Source: Lama glama (Eukaryota). Taken from it: 64,000 nucleotides of DNA. A program made the position numbers and the translations under genes. Positions 26,871 to 40,349 of this stretch are shown here, piece after piece (the first letter of the stretch is position 1; each line of letters starts with the position of its first letter). Below the pieces are notes generated by a model. It saw only the letters and a list, made by a program, of their open reading frames with translations. It made no database searches and was not told the DNA's origin. The stretch is from NCBI GenBank assembly GCA_028534125.1, contig CM052817.1, forward strand, positions 47,432,001 to 47,496,000, written 5' to 3'.

Positions 26871-29800
26871 ATAAATACTTGCCATTGGATTTTGTAGGAT
26901 CTAAAAGGTGGGGATAATGATTTTATCTTACATCTGAAGACTAAATGAGACAATTAACTTCAACCCCTGGTGCATATATTTTGCCTATTTTAATTCATAC
27001 CTACCTCTTATTTTTGTCTAACCTCATCCAATAATGTCCTCTGAGAATGAACATTAAAATTTTATTTTCCTTCAAGTTTCTTATTCATAATAATTTAAGG
27101 GAAGTCTACTTTTTAAAAAACTAGCATTGGATACGATTGAAAAAGAGTCTACCATTAAGACAGATTAGAGGGGAAAAGTAGAAAATGCTTTGAGAAAATG
27201 CTCAGTCATTGTTCTACAGGAATACTTTCCAAAAAGAGTGAGACAGAATTTTTTTCTAAAGAAATTGTATTCTGTAGAGTAGAAATTCTTAGTCTGCAAG
27301 GGTACCAAGAGGTCTACAAATTCTTTGAACTTAGTTTTTTATGTATGTATAGATTTGTGTTGTCTCTTCCCTCCCAGAGTGGTTCTATACCTTGTAAAGG
27401 ATTTTCATAGGGGGTCCACTATTTTAAAATTTGGAGAGGATAACTGTCCTCAAACTGTTTCAGTATTCTTTGGGTAATTTGATTTGCTTTTTCAAGCCAT
27501 TTGTATATATTGAGAAGTAAAGGGGTGAGAAATAGATCTTACTTATGTAGTGACTATGTTACCTAACAACTACTGGACTTTTAATATCAGAATATTAATT
27601 GAACAATATACCTATTCCTCATTAAAAAGGCAAAATCTTACTTTTCCCTTTTAAATGTATGAGTAAACTACTCTAGTCCAATGTTATCTACTAGCTAAAC
27701 ATAAAAAGATGTGTTTGGGTGAGAAGGAAACAGGTCTCAGTGTGCTTTCTTTTCAATAATGGAGAAGGTAACGAAAACTATGACACCCCTCCCAACACAT
27801 AGGACACTTTTGTGTTTGAAGGTTTAGGAAATGTGTGCCACAGAAATAAATGATAATGCTTTGCGCGAAGAGATCTTCATTATCTCAGCCAACAGTGGTC
27901 TTCAGAAGCAATGACATCATTGTTGCTTCACTGACTTCAGAATTCAAGCAAGAGCCAGAAGCCTAAGAACTTAGGCAGCTCCTTTGTCAGACAGAGCGCA
28001 GAAAGGAAGACACAAAGAGCCTCCCTTTGAGTCATGGCAGGCTTTGCGACTCCTTTCTGGGCCCTTTGTGAGAGCACATGACTGGACTTGTAGGAGATTA
28101 ACCCCCTTAACATTTCTGTAAAAAATTAAACAGATGCAAAGCAGCTCCATCACCTTTTTTCCTCTCTGCTGTGAATTCAGCATTATGGTGGGCAGTGAAT
28201 TATTTTGAATTCCCTCGGAGAGGCCAGGGCAGTCAATGGGGACTGGTGAATGCGGGCCCTCTGAGGGGCTCAGTTGTGGGTTTTCTTGGGCTTTCACTGT
28301 TCTTTAGGGCATTATTCCCCTGAAAGAGTTCCCTCTAAGAGTGGGGTCAGTCTAGAGACCTTTATAGTGCTTGAAGTAATCCACCCTTTAATCTCTTCCT
28401 TCCTGTGGGAAAATCAGTACAAAAAAAAAAAGAATGAGCTAGTATTTATGTCCAGATAGAGACTGTTTAGACTGTTTACTTTTAATTTAGTACTATTCTT
28501 TGCATGCAAATAGCTTGTTTTCAACTTAAGTTCTTTAATAAAGAAAAAAAATTTTTCCAAAAATTAATATATGATTTATGCTGATAATTTTAGCCAGTCA
28601 TATATGAAAACTGGTGAGTGGATGCTCTTAGTTCTTAACTGTTTCTTATCCTGGGTTATCATGTCATTAATCTAGCAGATATTGCATTATTTCTTACAAT
28701 AAGTACATACTATCTTTTTGTTTTCAGATGAATGATCTCTATATCATTTTATTTTCCTGGTTTTGAGTTTATTTACATATTGTGTATATGGAAAGGGTTG
28801 ATTATGTATTTTATCATTGTATGTCAAAATACTGTTTTTGAAGGTAACAAGATTTAACTCTTGACCTTTCATGACAAAATTGGTGACAGTGAGAACACAA
28901 ATAACAATAATTTCCTTTAGGAATGGAATAATAATTGGGAGATGGGATAGTGAGAGAAGACTTTCGCTTGGTTTTCACTGCTCAATGTTTAAAATGCAAT
29001 TGTGCGTTCATTTATTACTTATATATTTGAAAAAAATTAAAACAACAAAGAGGAAAATGTATTAACCTAGGAGAAGTACTGGCCATTTTAGTTCAGGTTC
29101 TTCTGCCTATTGTGGTTCCAAGTTTATAAAGATTGTAACTTATAGCAGGCTCCATTTTCAATCTCAAAACTCCAGATCATTAGGAAGAAGAATAGGCAAT
29201 GAGGAATAATATTTCCATTGTAAAATATGTGAAGGATAGAAGTAGAATGTTTTTTCAGGTACTATTTTTTGAAGACAGAATGCATCACAATTTCCTTTCT
29301 AGTTTCCAACTGTTAGAAATAAAACAAAGTTAGCTGCCTCTAGTTATCTTTGAAATAACAGAGTAAAAAAAATGTGGAAAAATGAATTGGGTTTAGACAA
29401 AGCAGTCAATGAAAGAATTTGAATTCCTTTACCCCTTTGAACTGTCTTTCTCACTTTCCCCCTCTAGAACTTGAAGAAAACTGGTGACTGCCTTAAAATT
29501 AGATATCACCTTACCCCAGTGTTTAATTTAGGGACACGCAGAGACAAAATTATAAGGGTAATTTGGATATTCAGGTAAAGTGCATTTTTAGTTACAGTGT
29601 TATGGTGGAATCATATGATTTTCCCACTACTTTGGATTAATTGGGTGGAAGTTTTTGATATGTAGGAAGACAAAAAGAAATTGGTGGGATAGGTAGCAAT
29701 AGATAGTGCAATACTGAGGGAAAACAGATTTAGAAATGTGAAAGTCCTGAACTCATGGAGCACAGAGGCCAGTGCAGTAAGGAGGGCTCTGGGAGGGAGC

Positions 29801-31589
29801 ATTGCTGGGATGAGTTAGAACTCCTATCCTATCAGTGCGGCCTCTCCTCTGGTCTCTAGATGGCATGATGAGGCGAAGAGACCCAGCTGTAGCTGCCTAT
29901 CTCCGGTGAAGCTTAGGAATTCTGAGCAGTGTAGTATACAGTGGAAAGGGTCTTGGTCTCTAGGAGTCAGGGAAGATAGGAGCTCTGGTCCTCATTTGCC
30001 ACTAGCAGTGAGACCTACGGGGCTTGCTTCTCTGTTGTGCTTGGAGCCACCCTCCAGATGGACATACTAGATTTGAAGCTCCTTGAAGTTTCTTTATACT
30101 CATGATGCTCAGCATAGGGCCTGGCACCCAGATATACTCATAATAAAATTTTTGAGTGAAAGAGTGAAAATACATCATTTTTCTGATTGTAAATCTAGAG
30201 TAGGGTTGGGTGGTTAGAGTAGGTTGTCATGTTTCCTAAGATGTCTTCGCGCTCTTAAGTCCAGACTTTAGGACATCTAGTTAATGACTTTTCCTACACA
30301 AGCATCCCATCTGTAATAGCCTTGATGCATTGTCATCCAGCTTCTCGGCTTCAGTAACTAAACCCTCACTATCACTGTGTAGTGTTTCCTCATTTTTAAC
30401 CTGCTCTATTTAACATTTTGCTGGTCTCCAGTCCTGCTTCCTTTTAGGAAGGTTTTAGTGAGATTGAACCATAGAGAACTGCCATGTGTAGGTCCAAAAC
30501 AGTTGAATATTGACAATTTCAAATGATACAACTAAAGTTCATTATCTGAACTGTAGTCACAGAGACTTGGTCCCTGCTTTAAACATTTCAGGGGCTTCTC
30601 TACCCCGACTCCCACTGTTCCGTCTACAGCCCCTTCTTATTTCGACTCACAAGAACTTTGACAATCTGACCCTCTCTTTCCCCTCTGGCCTAAACTATTA
30701 CTAATCTCTTTCACTGTCTACAATTCAGCTGCACAGAAATCTCAGTTCCTGGACTGCTAAGCTTTCTCTCAGTGTGGGCCTTTGGGAATGTTATGTCTCA
30801 TGCCAGAAGTACTCTCCTTTTTTTCCCTTCTCCTCCACCTGTCAAACCAGTCGCCTGGCTGGACCAACACCCATGTTAGCAATGGAGAAAGACAGTATAC
30901 ATATAAGTAAACATGAACTATTTAGTATTTTAGAAGTGAACAGTGCTATTGAGAGAAGGATTTTCTCCCCTGTGACTACCCTGACCCTGCATTTCCAACG
31001 TCCCACTTAAACAAGGGACCCCAAACCGAACACAGTAACACAGCTGTGGTCTCAGGAGCAGAGGCTGCAGTGGGACGGAAGAGGATTGCCCTTGTCTGGG
31101 GCCTTTTAATTCTATCAGTACACTCTTCTAAGGCAGTCAGTTATCCCTGTGAGCTCATGGTGATTTTCCATTGCCCTGAACATAAAAGGAGCTTAAAAAA
31201 GAAAAAGTTTGGCTGGAATTTCTTTTTTCTAAGAGCCCAGGAAAAAGAGGTCATCATTGGGAAGTTAGGAAGTCATGATAATTTTCAGGAATAGTTTAAT
31301 TATTTTTTAAAATAACTTTCAGGTATTTGTAGAACAGCTTAGGAAATGAAGTGCTTTCCTAGACAGGTGTTTCTGCTCTGCTTTGGAATACTGGTTGGGG
31401 AAGGGCTACTGAAACCTTCTTTTAATTCACAGGAGAAACATATCCTTTTGCTCCTTCCTGTATAATAACATTAGCTTTGCCAAAATTATGAGTAATCAGT
31501 ATAGGAAATATAGTTATTTTTGGTTGAATATTATGTTTTCATAAAGTATGAGATAATAGGAAATGAAGTGGGCAAAATAAGTAAAGTTA

Positions 31590-31780
31590 AAAATACAGGC
31601 TTTGGATCTAGGCTGCCTGGGTGAATCTAGGCTCCACTTTAGACAGTTTGCTTCAACTTTCTGTGCCTCAGTTTCTGCACATTTGAAATGGGGGAAAATG
31701 GTGTCTTCCTTCTTTGGTTCTTTCAAGAATGAAATGAGGTAAATCGCTTAGAACAGCAGCTGGCACAGCATCAACAACAT
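31590..31780 (+). mobile_element. MIR SINE
   Basis: caggctttggatctaggctgcctgggtgaatctaggctccactt ... ctgtgcctcagtttctgcacatttgaaatgggg. Confidence 0.75.
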
Positions 31781-31967
31781 CATCATAAAATAAATGGACT
31801 TATTATTATTTTAAATATAAGTGGTCATTCAGAATCCCAGGGGCTGTAAAACAGTTGGTTAATATTTCATGATGTAATTCTTATGTAGAATTTCTCAAAC
31901 AAATACTACAGGGCTGTGGTCACTCTATAAAACCTTCTAGAGCTTCCTACTTGTATAAATATGTTTT

Positions 31968-33406
31968 TTCTTTCATGTGCTTTCTCTCTTTCTTTTTTTT
32001 TAAACTGGCATATAGTTGATTTATAATATTGTGTTAGTTTCAGGAGTACAGCAAATATTCCATTATTTTTTCATATACTTTTCCATTATAGGTTATTACG
32101 AGATATCGACTATTGTTCCCTGTGATATATAATAAATCTTTGTTGCTTATCTATTTTATGAATAGTAGTTTGTATCTGTTAATCCTTTTCTTCTAATTTA
32201 TCCCTCCCCCTTCCTCTCCTCTTTGATAAGTTTGTTTTCTGTGTCTGTGAGTCTTTATATTTTGTATATAGATTCATTTGTCTTATTTTTCATATTCCAC
32301 ATATAAATGATATAATGAAATATTTGCCTTTCTTCTTATGACTTAATTCATTAAGTATAATATTCTCTAGGTCCACCCATGTTATTGTAAATGGCAGTAT
32401 TTCATTCCTTTTTTATTGCTGAGTAATAATTAAGCCAATTGTCTGTTGATGGTCACTTGAGTTGTTTCCATTTCTTGGCTATTGTAAATAAACCCACAGC
32501 CAACATAATACTCAGTGGTGAAAAGCTGAAAGTCTTCTGCTAAATTCAGGAACAACATAAGGATGCCCACTCTCACCACTTCAGTTCAGCATAGTGTTGG
32601 AAGTCCTAGCCATGGCAGTCAGACAAGAAAAAGAAGGAAAAAATATCCATATTGGAAGGGAAGAGATAAAACTGTCACTATTTGCATATGACATGATACT
32701 CTATATAAAGAACTTTAAAATTTCCACACAAAAACTATTAGAACTAATAAATGAATTCAGCAGGGTAGCAGGATACAAGATTAATATACAGAAATCTGTT
32801 GCATTTCTTTACACTGACAATGAAATATCAGAAAGAGAAAGTTAAAAAATTCGTTTAAAATTACATTAAAAAACCTAGGAATAAACTTAACCAAGAAGGT
32901 GAAAGACCTACTGTACACTGAAAACTATGAAACACTGATAAAGAAAATTGAAGATGATTCAAAGAAATGGAAAGACATCTCACGCTCTTGGATTGGAAGA
33001 AGTATGGCCGTACTACCCAAAACAATCTACAAATTTAATGCAACCCCTATCAAAATACCCATGACATTTTTCACAGAACTAGAAAAAATAATCCTAACAT
33101 TTATATGGAACCACAGAAGACCCAGAATTACCTGAGAAATCCTGAAGAAAAAGAATGAAGCTGGAGGAATAACAATCCCAGACTTCAGACAATACTGCAG
33201 CGCTACAGCAATCAAAACAGCATGGTATTGGCACAAAAATAGACATATGGATCAATGGAACAGAATAGAGGGACCAGAAATAACTCCCCACACCTACTGT
33301 CAATTAATCTTTGACCAAGGAGGCAAGAACATGCAATGGAGAAAAGACAATCTCTTTGACAAGCGGTGTTGGGAAAGCTGGACAGCTACATGTAAATCAA
33401 TGAAAT
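31968..33406. mobile_element. L1 with a 5' inversion: 3' end on the - strand (31968-32490) joined to an ORF2 RT segment on the + strand (32491-33406)
   Basis: Poly-T and 3' UTR lie on the minus strand up to ...ggctattgtaaata. The plus strand then carries aacccacagccaacataata (KPTANII) and frameshifted ORF2 pieces 32594-33447 ([32 protein letters not shown]). Candidate TSD taaatatg(g)tttt at 31956-31967 and 33407-33419. Confidence 0.92.
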
Positions 33407-34415
33407 TAAATATGGTTTTGTTATATAAAATTCTTTATGTAAGCTGAACTTTTTCAAACATTTTGAAAAAGTATTATTTGAAAACATAGGATATTTTCAC
33501 CTCTAGTACATTTTAGATTTGGAAGTATCTGGGTTAGTGGTAGAGACCAGACATATATTCTCTCCCATTTGTGTTCATTCTTTTTATCCCCAGTTCTCTT
33601 TTCCCCATTTGTCTCTACCTTTCTCTCTCTCACTCATTCTTGCAAGTGTACACATACATACATGTGTGCAGGAATCTAGTCTTTCCCTTCCTTTCTCTCA
33701 CCTTCATTAGGAAAATGTAGGTAAATAGTAAGCTGAATAACTATTGTATATTGGAGTTCTAGAGAATTTCATCTCTTGTTCAGTTTTAGTTAATGTTTCT
33801 AGAATATATAAAGAAACCTTGTGGCTTTATTGTTAGAATGGTATATGTGGGCCATTCATGATTGATTGACAGATGACAGTTTAAATATTGATCTAAACTC
33901 ATACTCTTTCTTTCAGGTACCCATTATCTTTATCGTTCCAAAATAATTTTCAGAATATTTAAAAAATCAATTCATTTGTGACATACTTTTATGGATCTTG
34001 CAACTTTTTTGCTTAACCTTGAGACATTTGGATTGATTCAAAGCTGTTTCTCCACTGCATAGTCCTTACTAGTTGCTATTAATGGTATACTCCAATGAGA
34101 AAAGGTTTCCTTTTTGTATGACTTAAATGTTTTGGCCATTTTTAATTTTCATCTTTTAATTTAAATGAAACATTTTAAAGTTTCAAAAATGAATACAAAT
34201 AAAATTACTTATGTATGTATCAGAACTTTAAAGAGCTATCAGTATTTTTGCCAAATTTGCTTTGAGTGTTTCTGTTTTTTAAAAAAAATCTCACTATTCA
34301 TTCCTTTCTACTCCTTCCTACCTGAGAGGTATTCATTAACAAATTTTGATGTGAATTATTCTCGTGAATGTTTTATGTCTTTACTAGATTTATATACAAT
34401 ATTAGTTAGAGTATA

Positions 34416-34943
34416 TTTGCAGGTAAGAGTTAACACAGTGATCCTGAGACTACTGTGCTTAGAACGGCCTGTCTGCAAGGTTGACCCTTGGCTGGCAACT
34501 GAGAACTTGGATTTCAAGAGGTTCCTACCATTCCCAGAACTGGGTTTACTGGGCCTAAACTGTACAGTGTGCTTGTGTGGAACACCTGCTTTCTTTCTGG
34601 AAATTTGGAATTTCGAATGTGCCAGGCCTATACGACTAGCCCCCAGCAAAAATCTTGGATGCCGAGTCTCTAATGAGCTTCTCTGGTAGAACGAATTTCA
34701 TGTGTTGTCACAAATCATTGTTGGAGGAGTTAAGCACATCCTGTGTGGCTCCACTGGGAGAGGACTCAGGAAGCTTGTGCCTGGTTTCCTCTTGGCTTCA
34801 CCTCTGTGCCTTTTCCCTTTGCTGATTTTCCTTTGTACCCTTTCCCTGTAATAAATTTTAGCTATGAGCAATGACTACATGCTGAGTCCTGGGAGTCCTC
34901 CTAATGAATCATAAACCTGTGGGTGGTCTTGGAGACCTCTAAG
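34416..34943 (+). mobile_element. Solo LTR, MER68-like (ERVL class)
   Basis: Follows the recalled MER68 consensus: aagagttaacacag...gcaaggttgacccttggctggca...gagtctctaatgagcttc...ccactgggagaggactc...gtaataaa...ggtggtcttggagacc. Confidence 0.85.
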
Positions 34944-37498
34944 CTGCTGCAGGAAGAGACCTTAGAATGCAGTGACTTGAACAGGAGAGAAATGTATGCA
35001 TGTTTTTCTAATACAACTGTTTAAAAGTTGAAAGACCGTTAGGCTGACTAGGATCAACGGCCAGTTAGCACACACACAAATTACTGGGGCAGTGCACATT
35101 AGGGAAAACTCATGGGGAAGGCAGCACTGGGGGTGGGGACATAGACCCTCTGTTGTCCACCACATCATAGGGTAACACACGTAACTCTCAGAGGTCTTGG
35201 TGACAGACTTTGGGAGAGGGATCTCTGTATTTGGGCTTTGGTGCTTTCAAGCTGCATGATTAGTGAAGGGCCAGTTCCTCTTCTGGCATGATCCTGGGTC
35301 AAGTACAATAACAGTATGACACGGCAGGACTTTGGCTCCAGGTCTAGACTGTCAGCTGTGGGTTGGAGGTTGGGAGAGCACCAGCCCTTCACATGGCATG
35401 ATCAGTGGCCTTGGGTCTAAGCTCCCAGCTGCAGTTACAGCTGTGACACAGCAAGCTGGCAGTGGGGTCTGTTACACCAGCATTCACTTTATTTCTCCCT
35501 ATGCTAATGGAAAGGTTTCTAATAGTATTCTATTTGCAAATTGGTGAGTCTTTCAATGATCTGAATATCCGAGAATGTCTGTGCCCTAACCTTTTTGTCT
35601 TGCCCTCCTTTGAGTATTTAGATCTATGCTCCTGTTTGAGGTTTTAACTGAGGTTTCCTGCTCCCCCTAAACCCTCTCACCTTGCCTTAGCATCCTTCCT
35701 CACCTGGCCGCTTAATGAGGCTGACACTTCGAAGAAGTTTTTCAGTTCCTTCTTTACTTTCTTTATTGCAAGGTCAAGTTTTAATTTTAAAGACTGTGGT
35801 TATATTTCATGTAGCATTTCTAGGCTTTATTTCATGGTCCTTTTTTTAAGTTCACAATATTCCTTTGTAGTTTGATTGTAACTAGTGCTTTGTTGGGAAA
35901 GATTCATACTGGAATGGCATTCAGGACTTTGTTGTTTTTAAAAGCAAGAGTGGCCAATTAAATAATTTAACACTCTGTCCATTTGACTAATTCATAGGAG
36001 AAAATAGACTCATTGATCAGCTCATGAGTGGGCTGACTCCATCCACTGTGTATTTTATTGGTAAGGTCCTTTGTTTGCCTTCCTTTCCTTCTTCCCTCCT
36101 TCCTCCCTCCCTCCCTAACTTCCTTCCCTCTCTTCCCCTCCCTCTCTTCCAAATTCTTTCTTATGGTGATGCCTATTGACCAGCCTGAGAATTCTGTTTT
36201 TGGCTTTGTTGTCCAAGGAGCTGAGGATGAGTTTGTCATCGGTGGAGCATAAATAAGTTTAGGAGAGCTGTTCTTATAATTTATCCAGATACAAACACTG
36301 CAAGTCTTTCTTTTTGATATACTACTCCCTTCCAAAAACAGTTATAAATTCACATGGAGGAAGGCCATTAAGGGAAATGTTGTTATTCTCCAGTAGAGAA
36401 GATGCTTGTAGAATTGTGTCTGTCTCATCTATTGTAAATGTATAATTAAACAAAATACCCCAGTTGCTTTTATTTAAGAATGGCCTGTGTCCCTTCCTTT
36501 CCTCTCTCCCTCAATCCTTCTGCCCCTCAGTCCCTCTGTCCCTCCCTCCTCTCCTTTACTCCTTCATTTAAAATGAAATTTGGAGTTGCTTAATGCCAGC
36601 TGTAAATAAGACCATGCACCCTAATGGACAAATCACTTAGAATCTCTTCTGTGAACACTGCTTGTATTCCTGGCCTCGGCTTGATACCTTACATATTATT
36701 TTCATTTGTCACAGAGAAGTAGGAACAGGGTGATAGGGTTTAGACAGAGCAGAACCATAATTTCTACTGCAAAATGAAAAATACACCTCAGAATGGGTAC
36801 TGTTCAAAGGTGGATGTTAATACTGTCTTTATATATGAGGAACAGCTTATTTCTTCCGGACTGAATAATATGTTTTCAGTTATTTTCTTTCTCACTAACA
36901 AATAGACAGATTGGCTGCCAGTAAGTACCTGGTAATTACCTGGATTTATGCTTTTATTCTTTGATGTTAGAAAATTACTTCTTTAGTGTCTGATGTTGCT
37001 AAATAACATTCTTTAGGAACTTGCAAAAAAAGCGGCTTTTTTCATCTTTCGTTAATTATCTACTATAGGACAACAATAAATAGCATTTTTGAGTCTGAGC
37101 CTTTTAATCAACTAGGAAGAGACTGACCCTTTGTGTTTTGACCAGTACCACTTAAGTTGCCGTGGGCACTAAACTTCACGTTACTTTCAAGGGAAAATTT
37201 TGATAGTACTGTATTCACCATAGCAAGTTCACCCCAAAACTGCAGGTGCCTCTTCTTGCTAATTAACCTTGTGCACTAAAGCTAGAGTGAGAGAAGACAC
37301 ATCCATGTCAACCCCAACACACACCTCAAGCCTGACTCCCTTTCTCAAATTGTCCTTGGTGACGTGACAGCCTAGTGTTACTTAGGAGACTCAAACACAG
37401 AAGTACACAGTTGAATAGTACCTGGTTTGTGACGCCATTATTTGTAGAAGGTATTTTTTATTTTTGTAATTATTTATGATAAATAAAAGAAGTAACAA

Positions 37499-37647
37499 GA
37501 GAGAGGGTTTAGCTCAAGTGGTAGAATGCATGCTTATCATGTACAAGGTCCTGATTCAATCCCCAGTACCTCCTCTATAAACAAACAAACAAACCTAATC
37601 CCCCCCCAAAAAAAACTTTAAATAAATGAATAAATAAATAAATAAAT
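37499..37647 (+). mobile_element. tRNA(Ala)-derived SINE resembling the camelid Vic-1/SINE_Vpa family
   Basis: A box tagctcaagtgg, degenerate B box gattcaatcc, then cccagtacctcc, an (AAAC)n/cctaatcccccc tail and (AAAT)n. TSD aaaagaagtaacaa at 37485-37498 and 37648-37661. Confidence 0.88.
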
Positions 37648-37717
37648 AAAAGAAGTAACAAAGATAGGTGACTGAGTATGGCTTTCGGATCACAAGCTTA
37701 GTAACAGCTCTAATTCT

Positions 37718-38018
37718 TTTTATCATTTTTTTTTAATTGACATGTAGTTGATTCACAATGTTAGTTTCAGGTGTACAGCAAAACAACTGAGTTATACATA
37801 CACATACATACATTTTTTTTCAGTTTCTTTTCCATTATGGCTCATTATAAGAAATTGAATATAGTTCCCTGTGCTGTACAGTAGGACCTTGCCACTTACT
37901 CACTTCACATACAGTCATGTGTATCTGTCAATCCCAAACTCCCAGTCTATCCCTCCCCCTCCGTTTTTCCTCCTGGTAACCACAGTCTGTTTTCTATGTC
38001 TGTGAGTTTATTTCGAAG
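37718..38018 (-). mobile_element. Short L1 3' UTR inserted into a MIR (MIR about 37670-38200)
   Basis: Perfect 15-bp TSD aacagctctaattct at 37703-37717 and 38019-38033. MIR-like sequence continues across the insertion. Confidence 0.9.
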
Positions 38019-38590
38019 AACAGCTCTAATTCTAACAGTTACCAGTCATATAGCTGGGGAGCAGGACTAAACGTCTGTAGATCTGTTTCATGGTCTATAA
38101 AATGGGTCTAATAGCAGAGGATGCCTGCTTCACATACTTGTTATATGGATTAAGTAAAATGTTTCATATGAGAAGCATCTTTTAACGTGTAAATATCTTA
38201 TAAATTTTAGTTATCTAATACTTTATATCAGTTAATAGATTTAGTCCTCTAAAGGGAATGTACTCAGAATTTAAAAAGAAATTCTAATTGGTAATTTCTA
38301 TCTTGATAAAATCTATTAAACCTTAAGAAATTAGATAGCTTTCTTATTCTAAAGCTCCTCTACCAGCCAGAAATGAAAAGGTTCTTGAGATTCTGCATAG
38401 CATTAGCTATTAATAAGTGAGTTTTCATTTTGCTAAATGAACTCTGATGTGTCAACCACCTATTGTATTTCTATCATTCACCTTATTTTTCAAATAGGTG
38501 TGCTGGTGAATAAGATTTTCAAAAAGACATGCTGGTTCACTGTACCGAGGATCTGCTTCATTATGGACCCTTAAAAACATCATGGTATTT

Positions 38591-39354
38591 TTTTTTATTG
38601 AAGTATATATAGTCAGTTTACAATGTATCAATTTCTGGTAAACAGCATAATAGTTCAATCATACATGAATCCATATATTCATTTTCATATTCTTTTTCAT
38701 TATAGATTACTATAAGATACTGAATATAGTTCCCTGTGCTATACAATATAAATTTGTTATTTATCTGTTTTATACGTAGTAGTTAGTATCTGCAAATCTC
38801 GAGCTCCCAATTTATCCCTTCCCACCCCATTTCCTCACTAGTAACCATAAGTTTGTTTTCTATGTCTGTGAGTCTGTTTCTGTTCTGTAAATAAGTCATT
38901 TGCCTTTTTTTTAGATTCCACACATAAGGTATCATATGGTATTTTTCTTTCTCTTTCTGGCTTACTTCACTTAGAATGACAATCTCCAGATCCATTCATG
39001 TTGCTGCAAATGGATTATTTTATTCTTTTTTATGATTGAGTAGTATTCCATTGTATAAAGATACTGCAGCTTCCTTATCCAGTCATCTGTTGATGGACAT
39101 GATTCTATGTCTTGGATATTGTAAATAGTGCTGCTATGAACATTTGGGGTGCATATATCTTTTTGAATTAAAGTTCCCTCCATATGTATGCCCAGGAGTG
39201 GGATTGCTGGATCATATGGTAAGTCTATTTTTTTTTTGAGGACTCTCCACACTGTTTTCCAAAATGGCTGCACCAAACTACATTCCCACCAACAGTGTAA
39301 CTACAGTCCCACCAAAAGGATTCCCTTTTCTCAACACGTTTTCTAGTATTTATC
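38591..39354 (-). mobile_element. Young 5'-truncated L1
   Basis: ORFs 38783-38995(-) and 38971-39276(-) are ORF2p C-terminal pieces. Degenerate TSD acatcaTGgtAttt (38577-38590) / acatcaCAgtGttt (39355-39368). Confidence 0.93.
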
Positions 39355-40349
39355 ACATCACAGTGTTTGTATTGATTTTTTTTCACTATTTTTCATGAAA
39401 TGGTACAGTGGGTTTAAAGGGCAGGCTTTCAAGTCAGACTGCCTGTGTTTGAATTCTAGGTTCAAACCTAATAGATGTAGAGTATTGGAAAAGTTATTTA
39501 CTATTTAATTTGTGACTGGCTCATAGAAATGTTGTAATGGTGCCCTGGGTATCTGTCCAGTTGCTTCTCTCTCTCTCTCTTTTTTTCTTTCTCTCTCTCT
39601 CTCCCCCTTTCTCTCTCTCATTCACTTACTTTAACACTTGAAAACATTTGAAAAATAAGTCAGATTATTCCTCTCTTTTATTGCAGTAATCATATGATTA
39701 ATTTTTAAAAATTAAAGAACTAAAGGAGCACAGGATTCTTGCTTTCTGTTGCTTGATTTGTCTTTGCAACTTGTCCTTTGTCAATATTTTTGAGCATGAA
39801 TTTTAATTTCAATATGGTTAGAAGGACACATATGGATGAAATGTGCATTTAAAAATAAGAATGTATGTGTATGTATAAACATATGCCCATATATATATAT
39901 ATATATACACATATATATATACACAAACACAATTTGGATGGAAAGAAAGATGTGAAAGAGAAAAGAAACTCTGTTTCAGTTACTGACTATAGGAAATAAT
40001 TTGGTTGACAAATGATGTACTTTAGGGAGATTACTAAGAGTGTCATTTCTTGAGTGAGTGTGGAGACTTTACAAAGAAATACCAATATAGGCTTTTTGGT
40101 ATAACCTCATAGCAAGTATGTACCCATATAGATAACAGCTGAAAATCAGAAATGGTACATATAAAACATGAACACCATGAAAGTAGACAACTAATGCCAG
40201 GATAGTTTATCTACGAGGTAATAGAATACTTAAAAACCATGAAAAAAACATGGGGGATCATTGAACTGAATGAATTTTGAGTATAATTAAAAGCAATTGA
40301 TTTTATGTCTTTCTGATAAATTGAGAAAGTCCAATTTAAAAAAAAACTT

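Noticed and set aside
32594..33447. Reverse-transcriptase ORFs as an active or domesticated gene
   Set aside because: They are split over three frameshifted pieces with stops, the catalytic FADD is mutated to FAYD, and they are part of an inverted truncated L1.
34165..34689. Longest ORF in the track (174 aa, +)
   Set aside because: It runs from an old L1-like tract into the MER68-like LTR, has no recognisable domain and no exon context. It looks like a chance ORF.
34950..35480. GC-richer block with several short ORFs after the MER68-like LTR
   Set aside because: Probably another old LTR-type repeat. I cannot name it and see no coding or splice evidence.
35967..36335. 122-aa minus-strand ORF rich in E, R, K and G
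   Set aside because: The composition comes from a CCTT/CCCT low-complexity tract at about 36080-36150.
37501..37572. tRNA-Ala-like sequence as a real tRNA gene
   Set aside because: The B box and stems are degenerate, and it has a SINE tail and TSDs, so it is a SINE.
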